DNA from: an uncultured Caldisericales bacterium
GTDB taxonomy: Bacteria > Caldisericota > Caldisericia > Caldisericales > Caldisericaceae
Length of the DNA: 30,375 nucleotides
Direction: 5' to 3'
Assembly: GCA_964465465.1 (NCBI GenBank)
Contig: CAYXJW010000006.1
Coordinates: 1 to 30,375 of the forward strand
The position numbers and the translations under genes were made by a program. Of this stretch, positions 27,567 through 30,375 are shown in pieces. The first letter of the stretch is position 1. Every line of letters starts with the position of its first letter. The notes beneath the pieces were generated by a model. It searched no databases and was not told the origin of the DNA. It worked only from the letters and a program-made list of their open reading frames with translations.

Positions 27567-27976
27567 ATTTCATTAACTTTGCCTGCCAGATAATATCGGG
27601 CATGCGCTTTTACTTTTAGTTCTCCGTTTTTGTTTCTGATATCGCCTTCAGTTTCCACAATTTTGAATCTATAATTCTTGATCCATCCTCTTACAACAAG
27701 TTCCTCACCTATGTAAGATGGTTTTAAATATCTCGTGTGAAGTTCCGTTGTATATGCTATATAACCTTTGAGATATTCTACATTTCCCATTGCGTCGTCA
27801 AGGATTGCTGCAAGAATTCCACCGTGAGCAATACCAGGGTATCCTTCATATTCCCTTTCTAAAGTAAACTCTGCAATTGCCATTCCATTTTCGAGATAGT
27901 GGAATTTTATGTGCAATCCCTTCGGATTAATTTCACTGCATACAAAACAATAATTCACTTTTTTCATTTTTATCAC
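27563..27976 (-). CDS. Hotdog-fold acyl-CoA thioesterase, PaaI/YbgC-like
   Basis: 137 aa. CFVCSEINPKGLHIKF and GIAHGGILAAILDDAMG motifs typical of PaaI-family thioesterases. ATGA overlap with the helicase gene. Confidence 0.78.
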   Translation of the reverse strand: MIKMKKVNYCFVCSEINPKGLHIKFHYLENGMAIAEFTLEREYEGYPGIAHGGILAAILDDAMGNVEYLKGYIAYTTELHTRYLKPSYIGEELVVRGWIKNYRFKIVETEGDIRNKNGELKVKAHARYYLAGKVNEI

Positions 27977-30075
27977 CCCAATTTTTCAAGTGGCGCATAC
28001 CTTAAATCGAGTTTCTTTTTACCAACTTTAATAAAGTCTATCACTGCGTAAGGTGCTTCGCTTTCCGTATGGATTTCATAAACTTTGCCTACCCCAAAAA
28101 CTCTGTGCAATACCTTGTCTCCCACATGAATGTGAATTTCTGCTTCTGGCGGCTCTTCATTTATGGTTTCGTTTTCTATGGATATTTCTGATAAAAATCT
28201 TGAAGGCTGTGTAGGTGCATAAACTCCGTATTTGTTTCTCCTGTATGCATAAGTAAAGAAGACTTTTTCTTTTGCCCGTGTTATGCCTACGTAGCATAAC
28301 CTGCGCTCTTCCTCTAATTCCTTTGAGGATTCAAATGCTCGGTAGTGTGGGAGAAAACCTTCTTCCATTCCTACAATAAATACTACCGGGAATTCTAAGC
28401 CTTTTGCAGTGTGCAATGTCATAAGTGTAACCCTGTTACCGCCCTTTGCCGTATCCATATCGGTTATTAAGGAAAGGTGTGTCAGGAAAGCGGTAAGCGA
28501 GGTGTCTTCAGATTCTTTAGTGAACTCACTTATCATATTGATAAATTCTTTTACATTTTCAATTCGGCTCTCCCCTTCCAGTCCTTTGCTCATAAGGTAT
28601 TTATAATATCCAGTTTTAGAAATAATCTCTTCGGTGAGTTGCCTTAGAGAAAGTGTTTTGGCATCTTCTTTCAACTCTTTTATTAATTCATAAAAAGATT
28701 TTAAACTTTTTGCTCCGCTTCCGGTAAGAAGATCGTTTTCAACAAGGTATTCCAGAGATTCATAAAGTGTTATGCCTTTTTCATTCTTAATATCCTGAAC
28801 TTTTTTGAGCGTTACCTGTCCAATTTTTCTTGGAGGTACGTTTATAATTCTCTTTAAACTTAAATCATCTCGTGGATTGTTTATTACCGAAAGATACGCC
28901 ATTATGTCTTTTATTTCTGCTCTGCTGTAAAAACGCACTCCCCCTATTATTCTGTAAGGTATTCCCTCTTCCAATAGGTACTCTTCGAATGTTCTGGATT
29001 GAAAATTCATTCTGTAAAGAATTGCAAAGTCACTGAAGTGTTTTCCTTCTTCTTTTCTTATCTCTTTTATCTTTTGGACTACAAACCGTGCTTCGTCTAT
29101 TTGGTCTGCTGCTTCATACAGGTGAACAGCATCTCGTAGATGTTTGCTACTAAAAAGTGTTTTTCCACTTCTTACGGGATTATGTGAGATCAGTTCATTT
29201 GCTATATCCAGTATTTCCTGGGGAGATCTGTAATTCTGTTCCAATTTTACTATCTTTGCGTCCGGGTAGTCATCTTGAAATTTAAAGATTAACTCCGAAT
29301 TTGCTCCTCTGAATGAGTAGATGCTCTGGTCATCATCACCCACAACTGTAATCCTTCTGTGATTTTCAGCAAAAATTTTTAAAAGTTCGTACTGGGATTT
29401 ATTAACGTCTTGATACTCATCTACAAGGATGTATTTGAATTTGTCTTTATAGTAAAATGCAATGTCTTTATGATTTTTGAGAAGTCTCACAGTGAGCATT
29501 ATTAGATCATCGAAATCCAGCGCATTGTTTTCTTTTAAAATTTTCTGATACTGTTTATAAATTGATGCTACTACACTTTCAAAGTAATCATGTGGCATTT
29601 TCGAAAATTCTATAGCGGTGATAAGGTTTCTTTTTATTGCTGAAATGCGGTTTTTAATTTTTTTCGGGTCAAAATATTTTGGATCGAAATTAGCGTTCTT
29701 TGTTGCGTCTTTTATAACTCGTATTGCATCATCTTCATCAAGAATTGTGAAGTTTTTTTCATATCCAAGGACTGGAATTTCTCTTCTTAAAATCCTGGCA
29801 CAAATTGAGTGAAATGTGCCTATCCAGAGCCCTCTGATATTTGCTCCTATGAGTTTTTCTACTCTTTCTTTCATCTCGTTTGCAGCTTTGTTTGTAAAAG
29901 TCACTGCAAGTATCCTTGAAGGAGAAATTTGCATTTTTTCTATAAGGTATGCAATTTTATAGGTTATTACTTTTGTTTTTCCTGAACCTGCCCCTGCAAA
30001 TACAAGCAAAGGTCCCTCATTGTAAAGCACTGCCTCTTTCTGGCGTTCATTGAGGTCTTCTAAAAAGTCTCTCAA
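27973..30075 (-). CDS. UvrD/PcrA-family ATP-dependent DNA helicase (superfamily 1A)
   Basis: 700 aa. Motif I AGAGSGKT. Motif II VDEYQD. Motif III GDDDQSIYSFRGA. Motif VI VGITRAKE. The C-terminal tail is PcrA/UvrD-like. Confidence 0.9.
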   Translation of the reverse strand: MRDFLEDLNERQKEAVLYNEGPLLVFAGAGSGKTKVITYKIAYLIEKMQISPSRILAVTFTNKAANEMKERVEKLIGANIRGLWIGTFHSICARILRREIPVLGYEKNFTILDEDDAIRVIKDATKNANFDPKYFDPKKIKNRISAIKRNLITAIEFSKMPHDYFESVVASIYKQYQKILKENNALDFDDLIMLTVRLLKNHKDIAFYYKDKFKYILVDEYQDVNKSQYELLKIFAENHRRITVVGDDDQSIYSFRGANSELIFKFQDDYPDAKIVKLEQNYRSPQEILDIANELISHNPVRSGKTLFSSKHLRDAVHLYEAADQIDEARFVVQKIKEIRKEEGKHFSDFAILYRMNFQSRTFEEYLLEEGIPYRIIGGVRFYSRAEIKDIMAYLSVINNPRDDLSLKRIINVPPRKIGQVTLKKVQDIKNEKGITLYESLEYLVENDLLTGSGAKSLKSFYELIKELKEDAKTLSLRQLTEEIISKTGYYKYLMSKGLEGESRIENVKEFINMISEFTKESEDTSLTAFLTHLSLITDMDTAKGGNRVTLMTLHTAKGLEFPVVFIVGMEEGFLPHYRAFESSKELEEERRLCYVGITRAKEKVFFTYAYRRNKYGVYAPTQPSRFLSEISIENETINEEPPEAEIHIHVGDKVLHRVFGVGKVYEIHTESEAPYAVIDFIKVGKKKLDLRYAPLEKLG

Positions 30076-30375
30076 GGTTTCAACACCCCTTGCGGTATGA
30101 GTTTAAGAATGTTAGAAATTGCAGGGATAAGGAAAATAATGTAAAGAATTACAATAACAATGATTGCAACTATTGGTGTAAAATAGATTCCTGTTGCAGT
30201 TCCTGCATCGGTTTGATATGTTTCTTTTATTGCGATAATGAGGAGTACTATTTCCCATATCACAAATACTGAACCTACCCAGCCGGGAAGAATGTAATTC
30301 ATTGAAATTGAAAATAGAAGGTCAAGCAATTTGTAGAGAAGAACTGGAATTGATGCAAATGCCCATGCAGTAAAT
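30072..30375 (-). CDS. Polytopic membrane protein, possibly Yip1-family, partial (5' end lies beyond the window)
   Basis: The reading frame is open from the window edge. The TTG at 30329 is only an internal codon, not the start. Multiple hydrophobic helices. The stop overlaps the helicase ATG (ATGA). Confidence 0.5.
   Translation of the reverse strand, partial: FTAWAFASIPVLLYKLLDLLFSISMNYILPGWVGSVFVIWEIVLLIIAIKETYQTDAGTATGIYFTPIVAIIVIVILYIIFLIPAISNILKLIPQGVLKP

Overview
This is a 30.4 kb window from an AT-rich bacterial chromosome, probably a thermophile. The tRNA stems are very G+C-rich against an AT-rich background, the proteins are rich in Lys, Glu and Ile, and Shine-Dalgarno sites are strong GGAGG. 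The content is almost entirely core housekeeping. On the left, a minus-strand MalY/PatB-type PLP C-S lyase (443..1645) diverges from a seven-tRNA cluster at 1776..2411 (Pro-TGG, Arg-TCT, His-GTG, Arg-CCT, Arg-TCG, Lys-CTT, Leu-TAG). A 17-gene plus-strand array then runs from 2436 to 19635 with no gap longer than 52 nt: tig, clpP, clpX, lon, rodZ-like, rimO, thpR/ligT, recA, recX, rny, uvrC, DUF360, hflX, cvpA, queA, tgt. It meets a convergent minus-strand array, read 5' to 3' from the window end: a partial Yip1-like membrane protein, a UvrD/PcrA helicase, a hotdog thioesterase, a promoter, an unknown 167-aa coiled-coil protein, an SPFH/band-7 protein fused to two zinc ribbons, a hairpin terminator, a DUF2207 membrane protein, a class A PBP, serS, tRNA-Ser(TGA) and a small membrane protein. 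No transposase, integrase, CRISPR array or recognisable defence gene is present. The most plausible undescribed system is the compact module of the 167-aa protein, the SPFH zinc-ribbon fusion and DUF2207. It has its own TTGATT-16-TATAAT promoter overlapped by a perfect palindrome and a bidirectional terminator. I read it as a candidate membrane-stress (Psp-like) module, but that is inference. Secondary observations are a UvrC that appears to lack the C-terminal (HhH)2 domain, serS sitting 5 nt from its cognate tRNA-Ser, and the extreme operon packing. All calls rest on reading the sequence and protein motifs by eye; no database search was possible.
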